Shown: positions 1 through 9,775, counted from the stretch's first letter. The stretch is DNA of 64,000 nt from Patescibacteria group bacterium (GCA_043807255.1 JAZDGD010000007.1:17069-81068), one strand, 5' to 3'. Program-made: numbers and translations. The notes: a model not told the origin generated them from the sequence alone.

Positions 1-95
1 TTTTTAGCAATTGATTGACGTGCAACATAACCCAAAAACGACCCCACGGCCAAAGCAACCATTGCCACTATAAGTGGAATTAATCCTATTGTCAT
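1..95 (-). CDS. rny: Ribonuclease Y, N-terminal fragment (continues off the left edge)
   Basis: Reverse strand reads MTIGLIPLIVAMVALAVGSFLGYVARQSIAK: one TM anchor followed by GYxARQSIAK, like CPR RNase Y N-termini. Confidence 0.6.
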   Translation of the reverse strand, partial: MTIGLIPLIVAMVALAVGSFLGYVARQSIAK

Positions 96-237
96 AAATT
101 TTTACTTTGATCGAAAAACCCATATTTAGTTAAATTAAAATAATAGCTTTTAATATCAAAGAATTAATATTCAATAATTTCAGTTTATCAAAATCGAACT
201 GTTTTGTCAAACTTTTTCCCCGTGTTAAAATAAAAAC

Positions 238-1821
238 ATGCGACCAATAATTCTAACGATTTTAGACGGCTGGGGAATCGGCGAACCAGAACAAACCAAC
301 CCAATTTATCGGGCAAAAATTTCTAATCTTAAAAAAATTGAACAATTATATCCTTTTTGTTCCTTGCAAGCGTCTGGAGGAGCAATTGGTTTGCCATGGA
401 AAGAAGCAGGGAATTCAGAAGTTGGCCACCTAACCATTGGTAGCGGAAGAACAATTTATCAATATTTACCTAGAATTTCTATGGATATTGAAAATGAAAC
501 ATTTTTCACTAACCCAGCATTTTTAAAAACAATCGATCATGTCAAAAAATATAATTCTACCCTACATTTAATAGGATTAATTTCCAGCGGGAATGTGCAT
601 TCTTACCTGGAACATGTTTATGCCCTACTAGAACTAGCGAGAAGGAATAATATTGATAATTTACGACTTCATCTTTTTACTGATGGCAAAGATGCTCCAT
701 TAAAAGAAGGAATCAAAATTATTTCTATTCTTGAACAAAAATTAAAAAATCCAAACTGGAAAATTGCTTCCATTGTCGGCAGAAATTATGCTATGGACAG
801 AAACCATAATTGGGACAGGACCGAAACTGCTTACAATTTAATTGTTAATGGCGCTGGAGAAAAAACCTTTAATCCACTCGAAAGAATAAGAGAATATTAT
901 GACCAAGACATTACAGATACCTACATTAAACCGATCGTAATCATAGATGATAATCAAAATCCGATTGGTATTGTAAAAAACAATGATGCGATTATTTCTT
1001 GGGACTTTAGAGAAGATAGTGCCCGACAATTAACTGAAGCATTTGTTAAAAAAGATTTTAATAAATTCGAAAGAAAATTAATTGAAAATTTATTTTTTTG
1101 CACAATGACTGAATACGAAAAAGATTTGCCAATTGCAATTGCCTATCCGCCAATGAAAATTATTAATCATTTAACGGAGATCCTAAATCAATACAATAAA
1201 AAAATACTAAAAGTTGCTGAAACGGAAAAATATGCCCATGTTACATATTTTTTCAATGGCAATCAAGAAAATTTATTTCCCAATGAAACAAGAAAATTAA
1301 TTGCTTCTAATATTGTTACGCATTACGACGAAACACCAGAAATGCAATCAGAAAAAATTACCGAAACCATTATTGAGGGGCTTAAAGAAAATTATGATTT
1401 AATTGTTGCAAATTATTCCAATGCCGATATGATTGGCCATACAGGAAATTTAAAGGCTGGGATTAAGGCAGTGGAAGCAATTGATAAGGCGTTAAAACCA
1501 TTAATCAAATTGGCAGAAAAAGGAGAATGCGTTTTAATAATCACCGCTGACCACGGAAATATTGAACAAATGGTAAATCTTCATACTGGCGAACCGAAAA
1601 CTGAACACACATTAAATCCGGTGCCATTTTATTTGGTGGGCAAAGAATTTAAAAAAGTGCAGGCGCCACGCCCGACTTCGCAAGACGAAGTCGTTGCGGG
1701 CGGGGGCTGGGGGATGCCCCAGGGCATGCTTTCTGATATTGCGCCAACAATTCTCGAATTAATGCAAATCCCTCAACCATCAGAAATGACGGGAAAAAGT
1801 TTATTGAGTGTTTTAAAATAA
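238..1821 (+). CDS. gpmI: 2,3-bisphosphoglycerate-independent phosphoglycerate mutase
   Basis: ILDGWG, GNSEVGH, GRxYAMDR, AETEKYAHVTYFFNG, DMIGHTG and TADHGN motifs. Confidence 0.97.
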   Translation: MRPIILTILDGWGIGEPEQTNPIYRAKISNLKKIEQLYPFCSLQASGGAIGLPWKEAGNSEVGHLTIGSGRTIYQYLPRISMDIENETFFTNPAFLKTIDHVKKYNSTLHLIGLISSGNVHSYLEHVYALLELARRNNIDNLRLHLFTDGKDAPLKEGIKIISILEQKLKNPNWKIASIVGRNYAMDRNHNWDRTETAYNLIVNGAGEKTFNPLERIREYYDQDITDTYIKPIVIIDDNQNPIGIVKNNDAIISWDFREDSARQLTEAFVKKDFNKFERKLIENLFFCTMTEYEKDLPIAIAYPPMKIINHLTEILNQYNKKILKVAETEKYAHVTYFFNGNQENLFPNETRKLIASNIVTHYDETPEMQSEKITETIIEGLKENYDLIVANYSNADMIGHTGNLKAGIKAVEAIDKALKPLIKLAEKGECVLIITADHGNIEQMVNLHTGEPKTEHTLNPVPFYLVGKEFKKVQAPRPTSQDEVVAGGGWGMPQGMLSDIAPTILELMQIPQPSEMTGKSLLSVLK

Positions 1822-1823
1822 AG

Positions 1824-1850
1824 TATGTAGGACATCGTATGTCCTACATA
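1824..1850. repeat. REP-like palindrome, family A (GGACRT-nnn-AYGTCC core)
   Basis: TATGTAGGACAT-CGT-ATGTCCTACATA, a perfect 12-3-12 hairpin. Confidence 0.85.
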
Positions 1851-1861
1851 ATGTCTTAAAC

Positions 1862-1894
1862 AAAAATGCCCTCGACTTCCGTCGGGGCATTTTT
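1862..1894. terminator. Bidirectional rho-independent terminator
   Basis: AAAAATGCCCTCGAC-TTCC-GTCGGGGCATTTTT between convergent genes. Confidence 0.75.
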
Positions 1895-1900
1895 ATGATT

Positions 1901-2158
1901 TTATTTATCTCGATATTTTTTTCTTTTATCGAGATCTTTTTTAATAGCCTCGTTCACTTCCTCTTCTGACTTAAAATATCCTTCCGCGATTAATCCCTGT
2001 TTTGCCTCTTCAAATGCTTCCCGGGCCATCATGCCATGGTGACCAACACTTTCATCTGCCGTTTTTTTCCGATCCAATAAACTTTCAAATCTCATCCAAA
2101 ATTCCGGAGTTTCTCTGTCTTTTGATTCGATTCTTGATTCTTTGTTTTCTTTTCCCAT
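1901..2158 (-). CDS. Small hypothetical protein
   Basis: 85-aa ORF with a sigma70-like promoter upstream and a terminator downstream. Confidence 0.65.
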   Translation of the reverse strand: MGKENKESRIESKDRETPEFWMRFESLLDRKKTADESVGHHGMMAREAFEEAKQGLIAEGYFKSEEEVNEAIKKDLDKRKKYRDK

Positions 2159-2204
2159 AAAATTTTGTTACTTAAAATTTATTTTATTAATCCTCCTACT
2201 TTCC

Positions 2205-2232
2205 ATTTTACCCCCCCCCAGCGGAAAGTCAA
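2205..2232 (-). promoter_or_regulatory. Sigma70-type promoter with a poly-G(9) spacer tract
   Basis: Minus strand TTGACT-16nt-TAAAAT; the spacer contains G9 (C9 at 2211-2219 on +). Confidence 0.55.
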
Positions 2233-2244
2233 GCCCCATAACAA

Positions 2245-2472
2245 ATTATGTAGGACGTCGCACGTCCCACATAATAATTGCCCTAAAAACATTTATGTCA
2301 TATTTGTCACGATCGTGAAAAATATTACATACATCGAAATAATAAAAACGACACCTTTCCACGATCGGACAAAAGTGTCACTTCTTAGAAATGTCAGAGG
2401 TAAGACCTCTGACATTTCTATCTTACGAGGCTAAGCCTCGTAAAGTCATATTCGGAGGTTCCACCTCCGAAT
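2245..2472. repeat. Cluster of at least six short palindromes (REP/BIME-like)
   Basis: Hairpins at 2245-2275 (family A), ~2299-2325 and ~2350-2379 (CGATCG core), 2386-2420, 2423-2443 and 2450-2472 (GAGG..CCTC core). Confidence 0.8.
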
Positions 2473-2583
2473 TTTGTATCCTGCCATTAATGAGAATTTG
2501 TTTGTCACTGAGACAACTTCGCAGGCAAAATGCATGGTTTCGTCCCGACGAACGTGTCGACACATAAAATAAATCTGAGCGTC

Positions 2584-3171
2584 CTATTTCCGTTTATCAA
2601 TTATCGAATCGATTAAACCGTACTCTTTCGCTTCTTCGGATGACATATAATAATCACGGTCGCTGTCTTTTTCGATTTTATCTATTTTCTGACCAGTGTG
2701 TTTGGCAATGATTTTATTTAAGCGTTGCTTGGTTTTCATAATTTGTTTTGCAGAAATCTCAATATCTGATGCACGCCCCTCAACACCACTAACTGCGACC
2801 TGATGAATCATTACTTCTGAATTTGGCAAAGCAAATCTTTTTCCTTTTTTGCCGGCAGTTAAAACCACTGCTGCACCCGAGGCTGCTAAACCAATACAAA
2901 CTGTTGAAATATCACATTTCACAAATTGCATTGTGTCATAAATTGCCATAGTTGCCGTAACGCTTCCTCCAGGACTATTAATGTAAATCAAAATATCTCT
3001 CTTTGGGTCTTGGTTTTCCAAAAACAATAATTGTGCAATAACTGCATTTGCCGTATCGTCATCAATTGGACCGCCCAAAAAAATAATTCTGTCTTTTAAT
3101 AATCTTGAATATATGTCGTAGGCTCTCTCACCGTTTTGTGATTTTTCTATGACCGTTGGTATTAAATTCAT
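2584..3171 (-). CDS. clpP: ATP-dependent Clp protease proteolytic subunit
   Basis: [28 protein letters not shown] catalytic serine, MIHQ, RD motifs. Confidence 0.98.
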   Translation of the reverse strand: MNLIPTVIEKSQNGERAYDIYSRLLKDRIIFLGGPIDDDTANAVIAQLLFLENQDPKRDILIYINSPGGSVTATMAIYDTMQFVKCDISTVCIGLAASGAAVVLTAGKKGKRFALPNSEVMIHQVAVSGVEGRASDIEISAKQIMKTKQRLNKIIAKHTGQKIDKIEKDSDRDYYMSSEEAKEYGLIDSIIDKRK

Positions 3172-4124
3172 AAAATTTCTGCTTCGCGCTCAATGAGCTC
3201 AAAGACTTTTTCATTAATAATTACACCTTCAGTATATTCTTTTAAAGCTGCCAAATCAATAGTTTTTTTAACTTTTTCCGCGTCTGGATAGCGCATTAAT
3301 TCTTGATTCATTTTTTCTTCAATCTCTTCAGTTGTAGGAATTATTTCTTCTTTGTCGGCGATTGCTTTAATGCATAATCCGATTTTTGCCCTTTTTTCTG
3401 CTTGCACCCTCCAACTGCTTTTTAACTCATCTAACGTTGATTTAATTTGCATTAAATAAGTTTCAAACTCTAATCCGAATTGAGTAATACTTAATTTAAA
3501 TTCATTAATCATATTTTCTAATTCCGTATCAACTAATTCTTTTGGTACTTCGATTTTAGAATCATTTGCAACTTGTTCAATTAATTCAATCCTTACCCTT
3601 TGCTTATTCATTAATTCCTTTTCTTGTTTTAAACCATCAATAACGCTTTTTTTAAATTCTTCTAAAGATTTAAACTTGCCCATAGATATTGCAAATTCAT
3701 CGTTCAATTCTGGAACTTGTCTTTCTTGAACAAGAATCATCTTTGCTTTAAAATCCAAGCCCTTGCCAGCAACCCTTTTGTCTGTCCAATCATCAGGAAC
3801 TTTTAAGGAAAATTCTTTTTCGTCTCCGGCTTTCATCCCTTCTAATTCTTTTTCAAATCCCGGTAAAAATTGTCCCTCACCTAAAATCAAAGGATGGTTT
3901 TTACTTTCACCGTTTTCAACCTTAACTCCACCGCACCTCACTTCGAAATCAATTTCAATGCGATTTCCTTTTTCTGCCGGCTTATTTATGGTTACGGTTT
4001 TTGCCCGAGAATTTTGAATATACTTTAAAGCACTTTCAATTTCTTTTTCTTCAACTTTCGAATCTTTTTTAGTTGCTTTAAGTTTTCTATAATTTGCCAA
4101 TTCGATTTTTATTTCATTAGTCAT
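3168..4124 (-). CDS. tig: Trigger factor lacking the N-terminal ribosome-binding domain (FKBP + C-terminal domains)
   Basis: FKBP-like [17 protein letters not shown] and ELNDEFA motifs, position upstream of clpP; only 318 aa, no GFRxGxxP motif. Confidence 0.85.
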   Translation of the reverse strand: MTNEIKIELANYRKLKATKKDSKVEEKEIESALKYIQNSRAKTVTINKPAEKGNRIEIDFEVRCGGVKVENGESKNHPLILGEGQFLPGFEKELEGMKAGDEKEFSLKVPDDWTDKRVAGKGLDFKAKMILVQERQVPELNDEFAISMGKFKSLEEFKKSVIDGLKQEKELMNKQRVRIELIEQVANDSKIEVPKELVDTELENMINEFKLSITQFGLEFETYLMQIKSTLDELKSSWRVQAEKRAKIGLCIKAIADKEEIIPTTEEIEEKMNQELMRYPDAEKVKKTIDLAALKEYTEGVIINEKVFELIEREAEIL

Positions 4125-5800
4125 TTTATTTCTATTTCCTGAATTAATTTTTTAGTTGCCGGAAAAGTTAATTTTTCCATCGCTTCTTCTTTGGTCGCCC
4201 ATTCATATTTATCATGTTCAATAATTTCCTGTTTTAAAGAAATTATTTGCTCCATGTCGGCTTTAACCAAAAACGTATCCGCAATAACATAATTAATTCC
4301 ATCCGCTTGCCATTCTTCTTTCTTCCCTAGTTTTTTAATTACTTTAAATTTTTTAATTTGAGTTTCTTCTGCAATGCCTCTCTTTATCGTTTTTAATGGC
4401 GTTTCTCCCGGCTCAACGGTTTCTTTTAAAAATTCCCAACCATTCCATCTTAAAATTCTGTGAAGAATCAAAAAATACGGTTTATCATCTTTAACGTCGT
4501 ATATAATAGCTCTATACTTTTTTATTCCATCCCCGCCCCCGCCAACATCTGATGAAGTTGTGGCGGGTGGCGGGCCCGCCTGAATGCCCTCTGGGCTTTC
4601 GGCGAGCTTGTCGGCTTCTATCATTTTTTCACTCTTAACATCTATTTTCCAGCCCGTTAGTTTTGCGGCCAATCTTACGTTCTGTCCACGTTGTCCAATT
4701 GCTAAAGAAATTTGATCTTCGGGGACAATTACTGTTGCGCTTCTGTCTTTTTCTTCAGTTTTCACGCTAATAATTTTAGCAGGCGACAATGCATTGGCGA
4801 TATATTTCTCCATATTTTCATTCCACTCAATGATGTCAATTTTCTCTCCACCCAATTCAGCAATCACTGTTTGTACCCTGCTTCCTTTTTGTCCAACACA
4901 AGAACCAACTGGATCAACCCCTTGCTCTTCTGTAAAAACTGCAATCTTTGTTCTTGAGCCAGGCTCTCGAGCGATGGATTTTATTTGCACCGTTCCCGTT
5001 GAAATTTCTGGAACCTCAATAGAAAATAATCTGCTCACTAATTTTGGATAAGCGCGAGACAAAACAATATCAGCACCTTTTGAAGATTTTTCAACTTTCA
5101 AAATATAAACTCTCAAACGTTGACCGATAAAAAATCTTTCCCCGGGGATTTGCTCTTCGGCGTATAAAATTCCTGATGCCTTACCGATGTCCATAAAAAT
5201 ATTTCTGCCTTCAATCCTTTGTACTATCGCGCTCACGACTTCACCTTCTTTGTCTTTATACTCCGCAAACACAACCTCTCTTTCGGCTTCTCTTAATCTT
5301 TGAATAATAACTTGTTTTGCGGTTTGGGCAGCGATTCTTCCGAAATCGGTATGAGCCTCGAGTTTAGTTTGGATTTCATCTCCTGGCTTTGACCCTTTTT
5401 TAATTTTTTGTGCGTCATCAACCATCACATGTTTGAAGGGATTGAAACGAACTTTCTTGTTGCCTTCTGCATCAATTTCTTCGTCGTCCTCAAACTCTTC
5501 CCCGCCCCCACCAACATCTGATGAAGTTGTGGCGGGTGGCGGGCCCGCCTGAATGCCCTCTGGGCTTTCGGCGGGTTCTTCCTTTAACATACTTTCATCC
5601 ACAACCAAAAATACCTGGAAAACTTTTATTTCTCCAGTATTTAAATCGAACTTGACCTTAATATTCTGACCTTTCTTGCCATAGTCCTTCTTGTATGCAG
5701 CGGCAATCGCCATCTCAAGGGTTTCAATAATTTGTTCTTGAGAAATGCCTTTTTCTTCGGCAATTTGACTCATTGCTGATATAAATTGTTTTTGATCCAT
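4121..5800 (-). CDS. nusA: Transcription factor NusA with a C-terminal Nudix-like domain and two repeat-derived 24-aa insertions
   Basis: FGRIAAQTAKQVI, AREPGSRTKIAV, DPVGSCVG, AIGQRGQNVRLA; the C-terminal ~135 aa has a Nudix-like WEFLKETVEPGETP..RGIAEET. Confidence 0.95.
   Translation of the reverse strand: MDQKQFISAMSQIAEEKGISQEQIIETLEMAIAAAYKKDYGKKGQNIKVKFDLNTGEIKVFQVFLVVDESMLKEEPAESPEGIQAGPPPATTSSDVGGGGEEFEDDEEIDAEGNKKVRFNPFKHVMVDDAQKIKKGSKPGDEIQTKLEAHTDFGRIAAQTAKQVIIQRLREAEREVVFAEYKDKEGEVVSAIVQRIEGRNIFMDIGKASGILYAEEQIPGERFFIGQRLRVYILKVEKSSKGADIVLSRAYPKLVSRLFSIEVPEISTGTVQIKSIAREPGSRTKIAVFTEEQGVDPVGSCVGQKGSRVQTVIAELGGEKIDIIEWNENMEKYIANALSPAKIISVKTEEKDRSATVIVPEDQISLAIGQRGQNVRLAAKLTGWKIDVKSEKMIEADKLAESPEGIQAGPPPATTSSDVGGGGDGIKKYRAIIYDVKDDKPYFLILHRILRWNGWEFLKETVEPGETPLKTIKRGIAEETQIKKFKVIKKLGKKEEWQADGINYVIADTFLVKADMEQIISLKQEIIEHDKYEWATKEEAMEKLTFPATKKLIQEIEIK
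4530..4604. repeat. 75-bp double-hairpin element inside nusA, copy at the NusA-Nudix junction
   Basis: 74/75 identical to 5499-5573; encodes AESPEGIQAGPPPATTSSDVGGGG. Confidence 0.95.
5499..5573. repeat. 75-bp double-hairpin element inside nusA, copy in the N-terminal domain loop
   Basis: Direct repeat of 4530-4604; two CCCGCC...GGCGGG-bounded hairpins. Confidence 0.95.
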
Positions 5801-5883
5801 AAATTTATTTAATGAAAGGCCCGACGAATGTCGGACCGTAAATGATTAAGAATTAATTTTATGATATTAAAATTCGGATGTCA

Positions 5884-5905
5884 ACCCTTCGACTTCGCTC
5901 AGGGC
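5884..5905. repeat. Mini-element family B (CCTTCGAC-n-GCTCAGG)
   Basis: ACCCTTCGACTTCGCTCAGGGC abuts the yraN stop; relatives at 30200 and 38908. Confidence 0.8.
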
Positions 5906-6282
5906 TAGTACATATCTCCAACTGCATTTTCTAGATGGCGAATATCGAAAGTTTCATCGCGGTAAATTTCAATTGCCAAAACATCTATTTGCCAATCACT
6001 ATCTAATAATTTTTTCTTGCTTAAGTAAATTTGCGATAATTTAATTAATTTTTTCTGCTTGGTATAAGTAATGTTGTCTTCCGGCCAAAATCCGCCTGGC
6101 CCAGTTTTCATACGTGTTTTAACTTCAAAAAAAACGATATTATCGCCTTTCTTTGCAATAATATCTAACTCTCCTAATTTACTATACCTAAAATTCTTAT
6201 CTAAAATTTTATATCCCTTATTCTCCAAATATTCTCTTGCAATTTTCTCCCCCTTATCGCCCAAATCTTTTTTCTCTCGCAT
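5905..6282 (-). CDS. yraN: YraN / UPF0102 family putative endonuclease
   Basis: G..GE..A..YL...GY.IL..NFR...GELDII...FFEVKTR signature. Confidence 0.93.
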   Translation of the reverse strand: MREKKDLGDKGEKIAREYLENKGYKILDKNFRYSKLGELDIIAKKGDNIVFFEVKTRMKTGPGGFWPEDNITYTKQKKLIKLSQIYLSKKKLLDSDWQIDVLAIEIYRDETFDIRHLENAVGDMY

Positions 6283-6407
6283 AATTTTTATAAATTTATT
6301 TTATACTGAGACAATCTCGGAAGCTGACCGCAGTCGGCTGAGAGTTAGTGCGATTTTGTAGTGGCAAAATCGACACGTGTCGACATATAAAATAAATTTA
6401 TAAAAAA

Positions 6408-7256
6408 TTAATTATTTTCGTTTAATCTTTCAGCGATTTCTTCTGCCTCATTAAAACCGTCCTCTGTGCCAATGTCGGTCCAAAGACCGGTATGCACATA
6501 GGCCAATAATTGGTTCTTTTTCGCCAATTCTGGGAAAACCTCGTCTTCTATTCTAAATGCTTCTGTTTTTTTCTTTGATTTCAAATGTTTAATTTTAAAA
6601 ACTTCTGGCGATAAAATATAAAATCCGGCATTTACATAACCAGCATATTGATAATCGGGGTCTTGTGAGAAGTCCACCACCTTCTCATTTTTTGTTTTAA
6701 CTAATCCTAAACCATTAACATTTTGGTCATAATATACTGCCATCGCGCCTAAATTTTCTTGATAAGAAACCCTTTTCCTGAAAGGCGAAACTTTTAATGG
6801 TAAAATCCTGGGAGTAATGTTTTTAATAAATTGCGATGACGCAAAAAACCTGGGTTGGGAAATATTTTTTTTATAAAAATCAACATAATCATTTAAATTA
6901 ATATTGGTTAGGGTGTCGCCATTAATAACCATAAAGTCCTTTTTAAGATTTTTGGCTACCAATTTAATTGCTCCACCAGTTCCTAATGCTTTCGAATCAA
7001 TAACATATTCAATGCCAGCAACTTTACCTTGTTTTTTAGAAATGTCTGCTTTGGGATCTTTTGTTTTTAAATATTCCAAAATTTTATCTGCGCCAAAATA
7101 TAAACTTAAACAAATATCATTAAATTTGTATTTTTTTAATAAGTCTAACTGATATTCAATCAAAGGCTTCCCTTTTATTTGAATCAACGATTTAGGCGTA
7201 TTTTTCAATTTTCCTGGCAGATTGGTTTTCCCGCCCGCCAAAATTATCACTTTCAT
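6408..7256 (-). CDS. Sugar-phosphate nucleotidyltransferase (NTP_transferase family)
   Basis: IILAGG, PKSL, LGTGGA, NGD, VNAGFY and WTDIGT motifs; the canonical GxGTR motif is degenerate. Confidence 0.85.
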   Translation of the reverse strand: MKVIILAGGKTNLPGKLKNTPKSLIQIKGKPLIEYQLDLLKKYKFNDICLSLYFGADKILEYLKTKDPKADISKKQGKVAGIEYVIDSKALGTGGAIKLVAKNLKKDFMVINGDTLTNINLNDYVDFYKKNISQPRFFASSQFIKNITPRILPLKVSPFRKRVSYQENLGAMAVYYDQNVNGLGLVKTKNEKVVDFSQDPDYQYAGYVNAGFYILSPEVFKIKHLKSKKKTEAFRIEDEVFPELAKKNQLLAYVHTGLWTDIGTEDGFNEAEEIAERLNENN

Positions 7257-7545
7257 ATTTTTTGTTTAATCCTTAATCAATATAATAGTTTAGCGCGTTG
7301 AAATCAAATGTCAAGAGTTAAAAAAATCCCCAAAGGGGAAAATGTTATACGAGAACAAACCCGTTTTTGAAAGGTTTATTCCTGTTGGACTTCGTTCGCA
7401 CATATTCAATTTTTATTTACTTCCGCCCATAACGGAACCTCCTTAATTCTTACAATAATTATTACGTGGGGGGTAAATATTTATTTCATTTAATTTTTCG
7501 TCTTTACTCTGTCAGAAAATTCTGATATTATTGTAATAAACTAAT

Positions 7546-8700
7546 ATGAAAATCATTATCGCTACTCCGTTATATCCACCAGAAATTGAAACCCTTGCTT
7601 CTTATGTAAAAGAATTGGCAACGAGATTAAAGAAATATCACGAAATCACAATCGTTGCTTATGCAAGTACTGCGGAGCAAATACCGGGAGTAAAATTAAT
7701 TACCGTAAGCAAACATTTGCCGCTTTTAATACGGCTTTTTATGTATACGTTTGTCTTATTGAAAGCATCAAAGCATGCCGATATTATTTATGCCCAAAAT
7801 TCAGCAACTTCTGGATTCGCATCTATAATTGTTCAAAAATTGAGAAAAATCCCCGTTGTTATCAATTTTGCAGAACACGAGGCATGGAAACGTGCGATTC
7901 AATTGCAGGCAACAACCGAACCATTGGAAAGTTTCGTGCGAACAAAATGCAATAATAGAAGAATAAGTTCTATTATGCGATTACAGAAATGGACAATAAA
8001 TCGCGCGAATAACATAATTTTTTCTTCTACAGAATTAGCACAAACAATCTCTAAAAATTACAATATTCCCGATTCTAAGATTATAATAAATTTTAACGCA
8101 CCCAAAAAACCACAAATATTGCCATTTGAAATACATCATATGCCATATCAGATTTTTACCAACGGACATCTCTTTAGGTGGAACAATATTGCGGACATTT
8201 TAGATGCTATATCCACATTAAAACAAAAATTTCCTGACATCAAACTTTTAATTTCCGGAGAAGGACCGGAAAAAGAAAACTTAAAAATGTTAACAGAGAG
8301 ATTAAGTATATCAAATAACATTATTTTTTTGGGCAGAATTTCCGAGGCCGAAGAGTGGTATCTGCTTAAAGCCTCTCAAATTTATATTCATAATTACAAT
8401 TTCATCCACGAGAATTTCCCCAGCATAATCACCTCTTGTTTCTCTGCCGAAACGCCGATAATTAGTTCGAATATTAACAACATACAAGAAATTATCTTTA
8501 ACAACAACGGAGTGTTGGTTAAATCTAATAGCGCACAAGAACTATCAGGCAGTATTACAAAAATATTTAACGATGATAATTTCAAACACGAACTAATCAA
8601 CAATGCCAAGAAATCTTTAATTGAAAAATTTTCTTGGGATATTCACATCGAAACGTTAAACAATCTTTTCGAAAAAATTTATGTCGACAGAACAAAATAA
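7546..8700 (+). CDS. Glycosyltransferase family 4
   Basis: MKIIIAT.LYPPEI start, GEGPE, GT-B fold, FSW near the C-terminus. Confidence 0.85.
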   Translation: MKIIIATPLYPPEIETLASYVKELATRLKKYHEITIVAYASTAEQIPGVKLITVSKHLPLLIRLFMYTFVLLKASKHADIIYAQNSATSGFASIIVQKLRKIPVVINFAEHEAWKRAIQLQATTEPLESFVRTKCNNRRISSIMRLQKWTINRANNIIFSSTELAQTISKNYNIPDSKIIINFNAPKKPQILPFEIHHMPYQIFTNGHLFRWNNIADILDAISTLKQKFPDIKLLISGEGPEKENLKMLTERLSISNNIIFLGRISEAEEWYLLKASQIYIHNYNFIHENFPSIITSCFSAETPIISSNINNIQEIIFNNNGVLVKSNSAQELSGSITKIFNDDNFKHELINNAKKSLIEKFSWDIHIETLNNLFEKIYVDRTK

Positions 8701-9772
8701 TCAGTCTTGGCAACAAAATTATAAATCAGAGCTCGAAAAAATCGCGCCAATTTTAGATAATTTAAATATTGTTCTGGATAGATCACAGGTACATGTGAGC
8801 GGAGAACGTTATTACACTAATAATAAAAAATTAGTACTCATTGGCGAAGATGTTAAAAACAAAAAGCGCGTTGCAATTAAGATGGGATTAGATCTCGATT
8901 CCATTAATGAGATACTCGTTGAAAAAAAATGTCGCGAAGTTTTAAAAAAGATAAATTTTGCTTCACACGTTTTTCTCTCTCCGGAAGAAGTATTCTTCGT
9001 CAACAAATCGGATTTTGTAGTTTTTATAACTGCATACGTCGAACAGGAATGTACGTTTTTAGAAAGACCAATGCAAGAACAATTTTTTCTTGCTCTTAAA
9101 ACATTCGAAGCACAAGAGGGGCTACATGCAACAACCTATGAACATGCAAATGTTATTAGTAAAATATTTGGAATTTGGGACGCCAAAAATTACTTAAAAA
9201 CCTTCGATGTTTATAGAAACGAAATCGTTTCGAAATTACCAGGAAACAATAAATTAAAAACACTTCTCACCGAAACGTTTGGTTTTTTAAACAAAAATTC
9301 CGAAATCATTAATCTCTATTCTGGATTTCTAGTACATTGGGACTTTGTTCCACACAATATTCGCGTAGTAGGTCGTGATGTTTATTTTTTGGACCATTCA
9401 TCGATGCGTTTCGGAAACAAACATGAAAGTTGGGCAAGATTCATAAATTTTATGACTCTTTATAATCCGGAACTAGAAAGAGCCCTTATCGAATATATAA
9501 AAAATAATCGTAGCCAAGAAGAAACATTGTCGCTACAATTGATGCGTATTTTTCGTTTAACGGAACTGATAAAGTATTATGTTTCTACCCTTGGAAATTT
9601 ATCTGGAAATATTCTCACTTTAAACAAAAAACGCATTGATTTTTGGGGCAATGCGCTTGAAGCGGTATTACATAATCAATTAATGCGTAAAGAAATAATT
9701 GACGAATATAAAACTACGCGCGATTCACTTCGTAGCGATGACGAAAAGCAAAGACAAAAAAATCTACATTAA
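8681..9772 (+). CDS. Aminoglycoside-phosphotransferase/kinase-like protein
   Basis: VAIK, catalytic-loop HWDFVPHN and FLD motifs. Confidence 0.6.
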   Translation: MSTEQNNQSWQQNYKSELEKIAPILDNLNIVLDRSQVHVSGERYYTNNKKLVLIGEDVKNKKRVAIKMGLDLDSINEILVEKKCREVLKKINFASHVFLSPEEVFFVNKSDFVVFITAYVEQECTFLERPMQEQFFLALKTFEAQEGLHATTYEHANVISKIFGIWDAKNYLKTFDVYRNEIVSKLPGNNKLKTLLTETFGFLNKNSEIINLYSGFLVHWDFVPHNIRVVGRDVYFLDHSSMRFGNKHESWARFINFMTLYNPELERALIEYIKNNRSQEETLSLQLMRIFRLTELIKYYVSTLGNLSGNILTLNKKRIDFWGNALEAVLHNQLMRKEIIDEYKTTRDSLRSDDEKQRQKNLH

Positions 9773-9775
9773 ATT

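Noticed and set aside
2165-2434. 89-aa ORF
   Set aside because: Runs across a promoter and the palindrome cluster; TTG start, no RBS, no protein-like features
2245-2472. Possible CRISPR array
   Set aside because: Hairpins differ in sequence, spacing is irregular and there are no cas genes in the window
7340-7445. AAGGAGG followed by ATG on the minus strand
   Set aside because: Stops after 5 codons (MGGSK*); could be a gene relic but cannot be supported
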